In this document: piece after piece, positions 1 through 13,731 of the stretch | Layout of the letters: every line of letters begins with the position of its first letter | Numbering within the stretch: the stretch's first letter is position 1 | Assembly: GCA_051294905.1 (NCBI GenBank) | Contig: CM119371.1 | Coordinates: 4,218,001 to 4,282,000 of the forward strand | Source of the DNA: Botryllus schlosseri | Lineage: Eukaryota | Reading direction: 5' to 3' | Length of the DNA stretch: 64,000 bases | Notes under the pieces: model-generated | What the model was told of the DNA's origin: nothing | Databases searched by the model: none | What the model saw: the letters and a program-made list of their open reading frames with translations, nothing else | Position numbers and translations under genes: made by a program

Positions 1-1451
1 ATTATTTTCAAATTTTTCCTTCAACCCCATGAAATTGTTGCGCTGTCTTCAAAAAAGATGCAAAACAAATTTGACTCAATTCCTCGCCGTACAAGCGCAG
101 CTCTTTGAGTTTTCCGAAGAGAATTCTTGGATTATCCTTGATCCTGCATCGTTTTTGAAGACAGCGCGCCTGAGTGATTTGTATCCGAATCCATATTGGA
201 ATTTTGAGACAACGAATCGAGTATCACTCAATATGATGTCATAACAGTATGAATGACGTGGAAAGTACAGATGCGTACCTTTTAGGCGACGTCAAAGAAT
301 ATAATGCCTCATCTGCCATTCTGCATTACATTGAAGATGATTTTGTATTTAATCGACCACACCTATTTCATTGCATTTCGTGACAATGCTGTGGGTTGAT
401 CACAACTTCACCGAAATGTCATTTCCATTAGCTTGCATAGATTTGTACAGCATGTTTTGTATGCTCTGACACGACCAATCGACATTTCAAGGCTTCCACG
501 GTGAACAGTAGGTTTGTTCAAAAATTACTGGTTCCCGAGTATTCACTGAATAACTTGTTGTGTAGCCGAAAAAAGGCTGCTGTACACTAAATTTAAACCA
601 GCGAAAGCCGCGGCAGAGCCAATTGAAATTTTCTAATTTATTTAAAAAATATAAATAAAATTGCAAATTTAACAGTTAACCCCACGGAATTGTTACTTAG
701 CCTAAAAGAATGATGCATAACAATTTTCGCTCACTCCCAAACGGGAGATGCGAAGTTATTGCAGTCGAGAGTTTTGGATTTGCAAAAGTAACATTGATGG
801 TGGGTAGTGCCACAATTATTGATGAAAAACTCAAATAACTTTGCTTCTACAGGTTGGTTGGAAGTGTGTCAAATTTGTTTTGCATCGTTTTTGTCGACAA
901 TTTACTTGGCTATGTCGCGTCTTCTGGTGGTTGGAATTGAGCCAAATTTGATGTGATAGGCAACCTTACAATTTAATCAGTGTATCACCGGGGTCTGGAA
1001 AAAAGTTGCTTTTGAACAACCCTAGTGACAAGTGCTATCAAAACCATCATTTTTGTCGAGTATCAATGATCGTATCATTTGGGTGCTCGAAAAAATCATC
1101 TCCCATTACTCGACTCGAATCATTGTGCCCAGCCTTACCTACGGCATATTGCAGAGACTTCTAACGTTATTATCAGTGAGGCTTGGCAAAATCAAGCATC
1201 TTGGTGATTGGATTACGTGTTGGGTATTGAGCGTGAAGCCGAGTGTTCTTGTAGCCTGTATCCTGCCAACAAGCTGTGCGAATTCGATTTCGTGTCTGGC
1301 TCCATGCTGAGTATAGACTTTTCATGAGGTCATTTTGATGAAGAAAAACCTACCAATCCACATTTTAAAGTGTCATACGTCTGAAAAAAAAATTCTCGCC
1401 CTCATCACAAATGCAGTGCTATTATTGCAAAGTTATTTCTTTACTTGACAG

Positions 1452-1610
1452 GTGCTGCTAATACTGAGACACAGGAGGACATATGTGACAAGCAAGAGGC
1501 GACCATCATATGCAGCAATCAATCACCAGCGTTCCATATGGCAAAATTGGAAGCACAGTTGAAGAGGTATACCCATACCAATCCAACTTTGAAGTCTGCT
1601 ACAAATATGG
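1452..1610 (+). pseudogene. PLK1: PLK1-like remnant, copy 1: linker exon F only within window
   Basis: AG/GT-bounded 159-nt exon GAANTETQEDICDKQEATIICSNQSPAFHMAKLEAQLKRYTHTNPTLKSATNM. Paralogues of this exon sit between the kinase and polo-box exons in copy 9, and FHM..LEAQL..L..TNP matches PLK1 DCHLSDMLQQLHSVNASKP. Confidence 0.75.
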
Positions 1611-2337
1611 GTTGGTATTTATGTAATCACTAATTGAGTGCATTTGAATCAATTTCCCTCTCACATGTAGGCCTACTTGTACAAATCAGAGATTTTACAC
1701 CGTTCATGACTGCCACGGCAACTGAAGAATATCAAATGTTCTCTGTGCAAATCAAGTTTGTCATATGACATTGACACAAATCAGGCCGATACCTCGGAAT
1801 CAATGGTTATCTCAAACTCATGTCAAGGTATAGAGATATGATAGATTTGAATTAAAGGGCTCTTGCTCGTATGTGAAGTTGTCGACAAGATTGTTGGCAC
1901 TTGAGCTGTGCAGAATAAATCGGGAAGGTGCTTGAATCTAAATCGCGCATTATTTTACTTGATTCCAGTTGAATAGTGAGAAACGATCGGCTCCAACACC
2001 GAAATCCTGCGCTCCTTATCATTCAGAGTTGATTGATCAATGAAAATGATTTCTTCGATACTCATGTCCACTGCGCAAAGCTGTAAACTTCGATTGGACA
2101 TATCGCAACATACTTAACATGAGGTACAGGCATGTACGCATATTATTGGAAATCACGTATCTGTCAAATAATGATCAACCTACAGTATTGTCGGTTTATC
2201 GGCTCAAAAAATTTGTTGTGAAATTTTACAAGCCCGCCAAGTCAAAACGATTGAGAACCACTGATTTAGACGTTCGCAACAACTAGTATTGTTGTTTTCT
2301 TGCTGTCACTCCAATTACCTTTAATTTATGTTTTCAG

Positions 2338-2455
2338 TCGCTGATGAAAGTTTACAAAAGAAGATACGCCATCACCGAAGCAGAGACTCGTTACTACATG
2401 CAACAGATTCTGAAGAAGGTCTTACGATTGTAAGATCATTCACAGAGATACAGAG
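2338..2455 (+). pseudogene. PLK1: PLK1-like remnant, copy 2: isolated kinase exon B
   Basis: ttttcag|SLMKVYKRRYAITEAETRYYMQQIL..(frameshift)..YDCKIIHRDTE|gtaat; compare PLK1 [33 protein letters not shown]. Confidence 0.85.
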
Positions 2456-2510
2456 GTAATGATTGTAATGTAGTTGTCTAATAAAACTAATTGGAGCGAA
2501 TGCCTGTCAT

Positions 2511-3821
2511 CAGGGCCATAACAGCACTTTGTCAGCCCCCCCCTCCCAAAAAAAAAACGTTGGTCTTGGGCCACATGATGATGAACCGAATCTATGGGGG
2601 GCTTGGCCCCCCAGACCCCCCTCACGCTATCCGCTGTTTACTGTCATACTTGTCATCTAGATTGGGCGCCTTTGACTGGGCCAGCTTTTCTCGCCTAGAC
2701 GCGCAAAGCGCGAAAATTTCTATAATTCATGATTGAATTGGCCAATATGATCGGGAATTGCATATATATTGCTATCAATTTTTATCCTCTCACTGCTCAC
2801 GTAATCAGATTTACAGGTGAGGTGTGTTTGAAAAGGTAGGACCTCTCAATAATAATTAAACACCTTCGGGCGTATACCGGTTGGCAGGAACAAAACAGGA
2901 CTTCGTCGGGGGCAGGAACAAAACAGGACTTCGTCGGGTCCCCAAAAAAACTTGGGTCTTGGGCTACCATAGGGTGATAAACCTACACCCAATCACGTTC
3001 GCTTTTGCCACAAATTAGCCGTGGGCCTACTGTGCAGTGAGCCAGCGCGAAGCACGAAAACTTTCGACAAATCATGATAAAATCGGTCAAAAGATGGGGA
3101 ATTGCATATCTATTGCTATCCATTTCTTGTTCTCTCTGCTCACGTAATCACTATTACCGGTAGAGTAGAGTGAGGTGTCTTGGAAACTGTAGGGCCTTTT
3201 GGTATGACTCCGTAACATGATGTTATTTAGTGACCTCCTGTATGCTATATCAAAATATATAGAATCGCCCAAACGTAGGCTGCGAAAGTAAAAGACGCAC
3301 ACTATTTCAAATTGGTATTTCTTCACTGGCATATAATTTTTCCCTGCGGGATGGTATTTGTCTTGTGAGGTTCAGCTTGCCAAGACAGGAATATTCGGCG
3401 CCAGTCATTTAGGCGCCTATGGACAAATAACCTATTCGTATTTTGTATGTATAACGAAGTTTTCGGTCAATATAAGGGCGGTCATTTTCAGCCAAAGTTT
3501 TCTCGCTGCCGATCATCCTGGCCCACTTCTTGGAGTCACATGTTACGTGACCTAAAACTTAATATGTCTTGGTAGGTAAATCGTGGCGCGGTAATGGCCA
3601 ATGCCGACATGCCCATATCTATAACTCTTGCGTATTTTTTCTTGGGGAGAGAGTACTCAAATTTCAAGACAATTGGCAACCGGAAATCGCGCTTTTGAAA
3701 AAGTTGCCTGAATTTTCAAAAATACTCTATAATTTATGCTAATTCACGAAATAATTTTGGACCCCTTCGAGCTCGCCCCCCTCCCAATTGTGGGTTTTGG
3801 GGTGCGGCAGTTACGGTCCTG
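2511..3821. mobile_element. Non-autonomous hAT-type DNA transposon
   Basis: TIRs CAGGGCCATAAC / GTTACGGTCCTG; perfect 8-bp TSD CCTGTCAT (2503-2510, 3822-3829); paralogous intron near 33232 is an empty site; internal perfect 28-bp tandem duplication at 2883-2938. Confidence 0.88.
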
Positions 3822-5782
3822 CCTGTCATCTAATTATAATATAATTTGACAAATTTTTCTATGCTCCCATTAATCTAATTTCTTGTTTTCCTGAAATTGC
3901 TACAAGAGAACTTTATCTTGTGAAAACAACCAAGCTTACTGCTGGTGTCACACCGTGTTGCTTCATTCTGACAATGTTTTCTACATCACAATTTTCATCA
4001 TGCGCTTCTTGATGTAAGAATGATGCAATGCCCAAGGAGTCTTACTTTAGTTAGAATGTTGCGGTACGTTGACCATAACACCACGTCCATCTATTTGTTT
4101 TATTGGACCGTTTATGATTCACAATCAGCAGACAATTAGCCAGTTACAACGGTAGGCCTATAAAGAAGGCAACAAGCTGTAAAATATCAAATGATAAGTT
4201 CATCGACAGTGCAAAATCTATGATACTAACGAAATGCAGACGTCAAAAAAAATTTGAATTTATGAACATTGAACAATTTTGACAAATTTTGACATGTAAA
4301 AAAACGCCCTAGTTATCAGATATTGCAATCTCCCAAACGCTCCAGAAACAAATATCTTTTGTGAGGGGCACACGATTCCAAGTTGGTATATCTATATGGA
4401 GTGCATCATTTTTCCCCGCTGCTAGAATCTCTTCTGGACTGTGGGGCTCAGATTGATAAGGGCATTACTACATTAAAATCAAAAAATGAAGTCTCATTGA
4501 ATCGCACGTAGCGCGAAGAAAATTTCAAGGTCAAATAAATCTCGCAAAGATTAATTAATCTCTCAAGAATGAGGAAGCCAATTCGTAAATTCAATTGTCA
4601 TGTCGACGGCCGCCAACACATAACTAATTGAATTTCGTGTCCACGGCCGCACAAATTTCCTTCTACTGTTGCCCAGTAACTGATGATAAGAATGACTGAA
4701 TTGCAAATGAGCCAAGAAATACTGACGGTAAAATCGGCATTTTAATAGGACGGGGTTCCCAGTTTGAAATGAGGGGGCTGCAGCTACACTATTCCTAGTA
4801 GTGATGACTCTTAGCTGACTGCAAGAACATCACACAACAGATCACCGGTATCATGATTGACGCAAAATGTGCAATTCGAACTAGAACTAGTCGGTCCTCA
4901 CTTTTCAAAATTCGCAACTCAAACTAGTATCTTCATTTCAGGCATTGCTCGTGAATGATCATCAGAAAGACAAAATGTGAGATCATCTCCACCACAGTTT
5001 GAATCACAAGCACGTCGATGGATTTCACGGATTTTTCCAAGACAAGGATTTTGTCTACATCGTTCTCGAGTTGTGCAAACGAAGGGTAAAAGCTTGATTA
5101 TGTTGTTAACTGATATCAAGTATACATATTTTGATTAACAGTAATTCTTGTGCGAAAACCTGTAATTCTAATTCTAAGCAGATTTGGAAAAACGGTGCAA
5201 TAATTCTAATCTAATTAGGAAAAAAACTTTTCAGCTATAATCCTAATTCTAATCAACTTAAATAAAGATTGTGTGACTGTAAGCTAGTTTGGAAAAGCTG
5301 AAAGTTTTCTAGTTACACAACTCATGAGGGCTGGTCGCAATGATTTGAGTACTCGGATCTCAACCGAGTAATTTATCAAATGATTCGAGTCGAGTAGTGG
5401 GATATGGTTTTGAGTGCGGTACTGAAATGATACGCTCCTTGCCAGAAGAGTCAAAATGATCAATGAACCTAGCTAAACCTACCTGAGAGGTAATTTGCCA
5501 ATGAGAATTATGGTTTCGAAAGGATTTCTCACTGTGGAAGGATGTAAATCTCGATTGATCGTATCTTAGCATACGAAACATGCAGTACAAAGCTACTGAC
5601 GTTACTGGAAATGACATATCTGTAAAGTCGTGATCAAGCCACAGCATCGTCAAAAAGTGCAATGAAATAGGTGTGGTCCAAGAAGCTGCAAAACTGGCAT
5701 TGCATTCTTTGTGGTCACATTAAAGGTACATATTCTAGATTGACTATTAGACTTCAAGTAAGAACTTGAGTATCATCTATAA

Positions 5783-6565
5783 CAGCGGTTCTCAACCGGG
5801 GGTCCGCTAAGCATTTTCAGGGGGTCCGCGAAGCCTCAAAATAATTGATAACCCAATTTTGTTTTAAATTCAGAAAATTACGAGGCAGTTTGGGTTCATT
5901 ATACTAGTAAAACTACAGAGCTCACATTAACAGAATGGCCATCTGAGATTAAATATCCTACCCTGTGCAGACTCATTTCAATTGCCAATAGCCTACTGAT
6001 ACAAAAATTCTGCTGTTTAGAAATGTTTTGTTGGGAATTGTAAAAAAAAAGTTGGATGAGTAGGCTGAAGTCAATCACGAGACTTCGAAATGTTTACAAA
6101 AATCGTTTTTCTTCTGATATATACATAATCATTTTTCCATGATAACTTCGAGATAAGCTGCTAGAATGCTAGATAGAAAGGACCAGGCTTGACGGTATAT
6201 ATTCATTAAAACATTTGTTTGTCAATTTTGGTACCATATTGGTTGCGATTATACCCATATGCGTCGTCGGAAGCGTTATGTGCTAATATTAAATTCGCCA
6301 CCACATATGTTTGTGCAAATGGATTTTCGGCACTCGTTCATATCAAATCAAAAGCGCGGATTTTCAAGACACGACCCCGTACATTTCAAGAAATGCAGTT
6401 ACGGAATTCGATTTGAAATAATAGAAGTCAACCCGAGTTTTACATGAATAGTTTGATCTTATTTTCAAGAAAAGTCATTTTGTGACTGTTTAACTTCGTG
6501 GGGGTCCGCAGGGTCCGTGACGTTCCGAAAGGGGTCCGCGAAGACGAAAAGGTTGAGAACCACTG
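5783..6565. mobile_element. hAT (Charlie/Buster-type) MITE
   Basis: TIRs CAGCGGTTCTCAACC / GGTTGAGAACCACTG; GGGGTCCGC subterminal motifs; perfect TSD ATCTATAA. Confidence 0.92.
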
Positions 6566-6605
6566 ATCTATAATGACGTAGTAAGAACTCGAGTACCATC
6601 TATAA

Positions 6606-7943
6606 CAGAGGTCTCAAACTCAAATGTGGTCGCGGGCCAATTTATAGTTTTTGTTGGCGCCGCGGGCCGCAGCAACATTAATAGGGGTTTTCAGTGTATT
6701 TCCCAGTATAGGCCTTATTTTATGGGACCTTGCAAACTGGCATAATGCACGCAACGCGAAATGTGATTTACTATCGTGAATTCACGCCTGGTACAAAAAA
6801 TATCACATTTTCAAATGTTTTAATAAAATTGTTGTTGTACTTGGCATAGTCTGTCAAAATATGTTGAATAAAATTGTTGCTACTTGGCATAGTTTGTCCA
6901 AAAATAAGTTATAAACACCATGCAAGAGTACAAATGCATCTCATGACATCGCAAAAGCTGTCGCGTTATAATTTGGCAGCTAGCGGACGTTTGACGTGCC
7001 GCAATTATTGGTAGATTATATAAAAGTTTAACATATATTGATCTGATCGAAGCATTGGAGCAATACATCCTAATGTGGGTTGCGGGCATACTCCTGATAA
7101 CTTGACTATTGCTCATGCCATTACCAAAGTAAAATTAAATCAGCGTTAGATTTACAGATCAATAACAAACTGTCGACCGATTAATGTGTTATAGCAATAT
7201 AAATTTCTAGTCGCCGACGAATCCATTGGTGTTACAGCAATAGAGCGTAACACCGCTAATTTATACTCGCCACCTTCAATAGGCAATATTACCATGGTTA
7301 AAGAGACCTAACATTACGCAGGAAATAACCAACTTCACATTAAGGAGGGGGGACAGAATGCCAATGGTTGCCATACCGGCCTACTTAGATGGCTAAATAC
7401 GCTCCGCAGCGTAAGCTACGGCCTTTTGATATATTACTATTTCAGTTTGTTCAGTTCATTTACTATAACATTTTGGTAGTTGGTTGCATCTGTGGTTGTA
7501 CCAAGTCACGGCTTTCCGAGTCACATGTCCTTCTCTGATTGTAACGTTTCACCCGACTCAACTCGAGTCATCCTTATTTTATCACCCATTCAGTACGAGT
7601 TCGAGTAATTCTAAAAAACGTCGCGCCCAAGTACAAATCACAATTTTCAGTCACGAATTATCAACGGGTCAAGTCCTATCATCATAAACAAGTAATGTAA
7701 CGTATATAGTTGATCTTCCACCGCATGGTCACTTTTGAAGGTGATGTGATAGTGAAGTTTGATGAGAAAAGTTTCAGGATTTTGGAGTAGTTTTAGAGCG
7801 AATTTCAAGTTCTCAGAACTAAAAAAAGATATGTTGCAGTTAAATATTGTCGAATACTTAAAATTCCAAAATGCCGACGCGGGCCGCACAAAATGATCTG
7901 GCGGGCCGCATGCGGCCCGCGGGCCGCGTGTTTGAGACCTCTG
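6606..7943. mobile_element. hAT (Charlie/Buster-type) MITE, second family
   Basis: TIRs CAGAGGTCTCAAAC / GTTTGAGACCTCTG; GCGGGCCGC subterminal motifs; perfect TSD ATCTATAA; partial copies at 39813 and 58369. Confidence 0.92.
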
Positions 7944-9763
7944 ATCTATAATGACGTCATAGGAGTATGAAAGATGTAGAAAGTTTAAGTATGTTACCGC
8001 AAACAATATAATGCCAGTTGCACATCACAATCAAGATAATTTTTTATTTTTTTGACCACACCTATTTTACTACGCTTTGTGACAATACTGTGGGTTGATC
8101 ACCACTCACAGATATGTCACCGATGCTTACAGCCTTCTATAGTGGGAATTTTATTCAAATCACTCGGGTTCTTCATTTCACCAAGACCTACATAGGACAT
8201 GTCTATTATCAAATAGGCAGCATTACATGTAATTTTTGATTAGAAAGGTTCACCGATATGCTAAATTAATCGTCAAATTTGACCAGCTCGCTAGCTGAAA
8301 TAGGTTGAAAATCTCTGATTCAGATGTGCCCGACAAATGATATTGTTGATTTCATTCGGGCAATCCAATTAGCTTTGATTTTTGTTGCCAGTCGCTGATG
8401 GAACTGCACAAAAGTCGGTAAGTTATCACAGAAGCAGAGACTCGTTATGACATGCATCAAATTCTGCTTGGAGTCGTTTATCTTCACAAAGGTAAGATCA
8501 TTCACACGGATATAAAGGTGAAATTTGGTTGAAGTCATACCGTTTGCACAAACTATTGAATTTATTGAAATGTGCTACTGGTACTAGAACTAGACTTGGT
8601 CACTTTCCAGAATTTTCAACTAGTGCTAGAACTAACGACTATTAAGAATCCACAACAGACTACTTAACTAACATATGAATTACTGAATTGTAATGAACTG
8701 AGAAATAAGAACATCACACAACAAAAAAAAAGGTATCACGATTTACACGGAACGTGTTTCCTAGCTGTCCGACAACTAAACTTTTCAAATCCGCATTTAC
8801 AACTACTAAAAAAGCAGTCTTTTGTTGGCCTCCAACTAACTAGATTGGTAATTTGTACAAGTCTTGTGTAACTAAATGCGGAATTTGTATTGACAGTTGA
8901 AGAATCTCTTCCTGAGCAACAACATGAAGATTGGAGATTTGGCCTAGCTACCGAGGTCGACTTTGACATCCAAACAAAGGACACGTTCTGCGGCACATCC
9001 AACAATATTGCCCCGGAAGTTTTACGGAAGTAAGGACACAGTTTCGAAGTGGACACCCGGTCGATGGGTTGTGTTATGTGAGTATGATGCAATATTGGGG
9101 TTTCAAGGTTCTTTGGTGTGGACATGGAAAATATCGCGCACCCGAGTAATTCGACTCTGAATCGAGTCGAGTATTTGAGTCGCATTCATGACACCGTTAA
9201 CAACATTATGAATGAAGTACAAAATTCAAATTTGTACTTTTTATGCAATCACAAAGGATATAACTCCAGTTGTACATCATAGGAAAGATAATTTTGTGTT
9301 TTTGCGGCCGTGCCTAATCCATTGCACTTTGTGACAATGCTGTGAGTTGATGAGCGTGAATTCGTCTCGAAACTCTAATTCTCGTTGATAAGTTAACTCT
9401 ACTGTCAAGGAGCGTATCATCTCAGTACTTGAAAAAATGATCTCTCGCTACCCAGCTCAAACTATCAGAATTGATACTCGATTCACATTCGAGCACTTGA
9501 ATCATTGTGTCAAACCCTATTGGAAATTTCTGATATTAAGACTCATCTGCCCAACAAACATTCCTCTTGGTAACTCGATGCATGTTTTGCTTTAGTATAC
9601 ATTGTTGGCCGGTAAGCTACTGTTTGCAAGCCAGGCTGGACTTGACTCGAGTTTAATTTACCGTTTGAGGGCCAGAATGGACTCAAGTCAAATTGTGTAA
9701 ACGGCATGTGACTTGTGGCTCGAAGATAGTTACTTGAATTGACTCGAGTCACGATATGATGAT

Positions 9764-10130
9764 AATGACTTCATATGACTTGTGACTAGAAAATAGTAAC
9801 TTGACTTGACTCGAGTCAAAATATGCAATGACTTTATATGACTTGTGACTCAAAATGGTAACTTGAGTCAAAATATGCAATGACTCGATATGACTTGTGA
9901 CTAGAAAATAGTGACTGGACTTGACTCGAGTCAAAATATGCAATGACTCGATATGACTTGTGAGTAAAAAATAATAACTTGACTTGACTCGAGTCAAGAT
10001 ATGCAATGACTCGATATGACTTGTGACTAGTAAATAGTAACTTGACTTTACTCAGTCAGAATACGTAATGACTTGATATGACTTCTGAATAGAAAATAGT
10101 AACTTGACTTGACTCTAGTCAAGATTGGGA
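9764..10130. repeat. ~63-bp tandem repeat (about 6 units) inside a TGACTCGAGTC-rich transposon-like element
   Basis: Units AATGACTCGATATGACTTGTGACTAGAAAATAGTAACTTGACTTGACTCGAGTCAAAATATGC start at 9764, 9827, 9879, 9942, 10005 and 10067. Related GACTCGAGTC-rich tracts lie at ~37820-37967, 38360-38900 and 62170-62870. Confidence 0.85.
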
Positions 10131-10384
10131 AAGACTTGAGATGACTTGTAACTTGAAGTCGACTTGATCCCAACACAGAATGTTATCTATTTACCCATCT
10201 TAATGACCTGCCGCTAAGCAAGTTGTGTCCACAGCCAGTTTTTGCAAGGCGACATACCTCAACAACTACCGACCATCTGCTTGACTATCACCATCACATT
10301 ATCACAACACATCAACTCGAGACAACGTTCAATGGTGAGGTTTTCATAATTCTACGACAAGGTTGTGATATATTGCGTAGCGGG

Positions 10385-11619
10385 CAGACTTGGACGACTA
10401 GATCATTTTCAGCTACCATAATTTTCCACGTATAATGTGCAAAATTTTACACGATTTTTTGCCCTAAAATTGGGGGATGCGTATTATACATGGTAACAAC
10501 AAACCTTGAAAAAAATCTCCCTCGATAAAAACTTGAAATCACACCTTTCTTCATGTTTGTTTCCTACGCGCTTCACTTTCAGCCATCGCGCCCAGTAATT
10601 GGTATTATCAGTGTAACGCGCTACCAATTAGGGAGAAGCGTGTTGCCAATTAACGAGAGTCGTCTGCACAGCACACGATCTCCTGCTGAGTTAGTTTGCC
10701 TGCTGTTCGTACGCGAGCGAAATTAGGTCATCGAACACGAGCATTGCTGCACGCGCGCGTGGCAATCCTCGCTAATTCATCGCGTCAACGACAGGCCTTA
10801 ACAATCGCATATACAACAGGCCATGTGCGCAAGATAATCCCTTCCGTGCTCAGTCGCCTCTCCAACAGTCCTGGTGCGCACGACATAACCGTTGGGCTGA
10901 GCAATCGCATTTAATAGGCCTCGTGCGCAAGATGTGTCGCTAGCCTCTGAACTATTGCGTCACTGGCTTTGGCTGCTATCTACTATCGTTTAGAGACAAT
11001 GCCGTTAATTGTATTATGATTAGCGATGGTTATGTCATGATTGTTGAACAGTGACATCGCAAAACAGAAGGACATCGTGTACTAAAACACAACTATTCAT
11101 GTAGTGCGAATGCAGGGTGCGTACTATACATGGGGGCGCACTATATTCGGAAAATTACGGTATTCAAATTGCATTACAGTTACAATTATAAATACAATTT
11201 TTTGTTCAACTTGGACTAGAACTAGAATTACAGCTACACAATAGTTGCCAAATTAGATTAGAATACTAATTATAGCTAGATATATTCAAAATAGTTTGTA
11301 ATAAAAATCAATGCTACACAGGTTTTTTTAAATTAGATTAAAATTTGATTTAAAGAATTCGCGAAAAGGAAATTGCATCAAGTTCGGTTCATATGAAATC
11401 AGAGCCCATTCTCATAAGCCCGAGAATGGCAAATTTCAGCCTGGATTGTTTTACATGATACAGTACTCTTGTAGCAATTTCAGGAAAATCAGAAATTAGA
11501 TTAGAGTTAAAATGATAGCGTGTAGAAGCATTTCCCAAATTAAAATTGAATTAGATTACAGGCATTTCGCTGTAACTAGTGTAATTAGACAACTAGAATT
11601 ATTTAATTGTTCAAACCTG
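10385..11619. mobile_element. Degenerate TIR element of the abundant CAGACTTGGACAACTAG / (TTAGAA)-rich family, interrupted by a pogo-type MITE
   Basis: Left end CAGACTTGGACGACTAGA, right end TAATTGTTCAAACCTG; the same terminus recurs at ~14722, 15468, 21535 and 42235; no TSD found. Confidence 0.5.
10416..11160. mobile_element. Tc1/mariner superfamily (pogo/Tigger-type) MITE
   Basis: TIRs CCATAATTTTCCACGTATA / TATATTCGGAAAATTACGG, flanked by TA on both sides; subterminal GGGTGCGTA(C/T)TATAC motifs. Confidence 0.8.
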
Positions 11620-13731
11620 ATCAGTAAGATTGGGCTAAATCAAGTCTCTGTGTGAATCGATTCGGAGCCTAATACTAAGTGTCGAGTAGACTATTCTAGT
11701 ATCGCTCCCCGACAAGTAGTAGTTTGCGAATCATATCGAGTCGATATCAGACTTTGAAAGAAGTATCGGTATTGGCCATGAGCGGCGATACAATATCAAC
11801 TATCTTGATGACGTCACAACTTGGTAGTAGGGAGTTAGAGAACTCTAATCTATGACTGTTAAACTGGAAACATTCATATGTCACTTTAGACTTCAGACAT
11901 AGATGGTCGAAGTAGTCAACGTTGATACTAAGCTACAAGTAGAGTTTTCACTCAATTACAGGTGGCTTGGCTAGACGTCTACTTCAGGTTTACGGCAATA
12001 TATTGGGCGTCGATTCAAGCCCTGTGGATGGCATTTTATGTTCTTTTTATGGATGCAGTGAAATTTTTGTCTGAAGGGCGGCCGATTACAAAGGGTTGAG
12101 CTAGATGCCAGACCTTTTGAATGTCGACCTAATGTATCAGCGTTTTTGTGACTCCTAAATCTGAATTCGGTCATGGTCTTGTCACGATTCATGACCGAGA
12201 CTCCCAACCTTGTTAAGTTGTAGGGTTGGGTAAAATCAAGTACCTGGGTGATTTGAATCCGAATGTATTGTTATATTTCAGTATAGTATTCGAGTACGCC
12301 GTACCATGAAGTTAATAACAGTTGTATTGAAACTATTTTTCGTGGTTAATATATTACGCTTAGTGTAGGTGACGATGCCTGATAATCCCGCTATGGATTG
12401 GGAAACATATAAAATATGACTACGAATTTCAAGAATCCTATTAATTCACACTCTAACCAATTATATGAAGTTTTACCAACTCATCACAAAGCTGATGCTA
12501 TTGTCGACTAGTTGTATCAATTTAATCTTGTTTTATTTTCCAGGTGCTGCTAATACAGAGACACAGACACTAGTTTGTGACAAGCCAGAGGCGACCAGCG
12601 TATGCAGTAACAAATCACCAGACTTCCATGTGACAGAATCGGATGCTCAGCTTCAGATATTGATCGATACCAATCCAACGGAGTAGTCTGTTATCATCTA
12701 TCAACAAACTTGCACTGATGGTCATTCTTCATGCAGAAAGCCGATTCTAATAAGATAAAGATGATGTCTATTCGGGATTGAATCTAGTTGTGTTTTATAG
12801 TTGTAAGAGTTTTTTCTAGCGTGTCTAAAAGTGAGTGATTTGAATTTTGGGTACTCAATTTGAAAATCCAGTAGTCGTAGGCTACAACTCTGACGGAGAA
12901 CGGTGCTTTTTCCATGCATGCATGCATATCTTAACAAGGGCCTGTAATAGAGTTTGCATGAAGATATATCTCCGAAAAGGTGATGATACCGAGTATTGAC
13001 ATTCTCCAGCACTTGTTCAGTACGCCTTTACACATTAAGAAGTGATCCCCATGATCACCACCTATCAGCGTTCCCAAAAATACCAGACTATGGTACACAA
13101 ACGCAAATGAAATATCTGACACTGTCACATTTTCGTTTTGGCGATCGAAAATGATGTATTGTTTGCGCACATTCCAAAGGTGCATTGCATTTCGCAAGTC
13201 AAATGCAACTCAATTGTCGTATCGATTAAAAGAAATATCCAGGTGAAGACAGAAGAGATGAAAATAGGGAGCACTTAAATATCACGCAAAAACCATAACT
13301 GTCAGCATGTTCATGGGGTTCATTGATCGGAGGTAATCATAGGGAACATTTCCCAATGTGTGCAGTATACCGAAGAAGGTATTGCAGCACATGCATAAGT
13401 TGGCTAATTGTCAAAATCTTCAAACTTATTGTTTTTGTATAAAGCTTGTATCCCTGGAAGTATTGATGTTTGTCTCATGTTGTTTGGTTCAAGTTGCATT
13501 ATGATTTGTGTTAGAAGCATATAGAGCTGCTTAATTATGGTCTCTTATTGTTGGTTCCTATATTCATATTTTCACTGTTGAAAATGTCTCTAGTACCGAT
13601 GGGCACAGGCACAATGATTCCAGTAACGTACACGAATGTAGTATTAATTGTGATAATTCAAGTTGAGTATTTAAAGATGATTTTTTCAAGTACGGTACTG
13701 TAATCATACACTCCTTGATGCGATACTATAA

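Larger units (their letters stand above)
4942..12696 (+). pseudogene. PLK1: PLK1-like pseudogene copy 3 (exons A, B, C, E, F)
   Basis: A 4942-5085 (ALLVNDHQKDKM/fs/[33 protein letters not shown]); B 8392-8517 (SLMELHKSR*VITEAETRYDMHQILLGVVYLHKGKIIHTDIK); C 8897-9077 (LKNLFLSNNMKIGD/fs/GLATEVDFD..TFCGTSNNIAPEVLRK*GHSFEVD); E ~10180-10334 (QGDIPQQLPTICLTI); F 12544-~12696. Splice sites mostly retained; stops and frameshifts present. Confidence 0.92.

Noticed and set aside
9764..10130. CRISPR-like array
   Set aside because: Head-to-tail units lack unique spacers, no cas genes are present and the context is eukaryotic.
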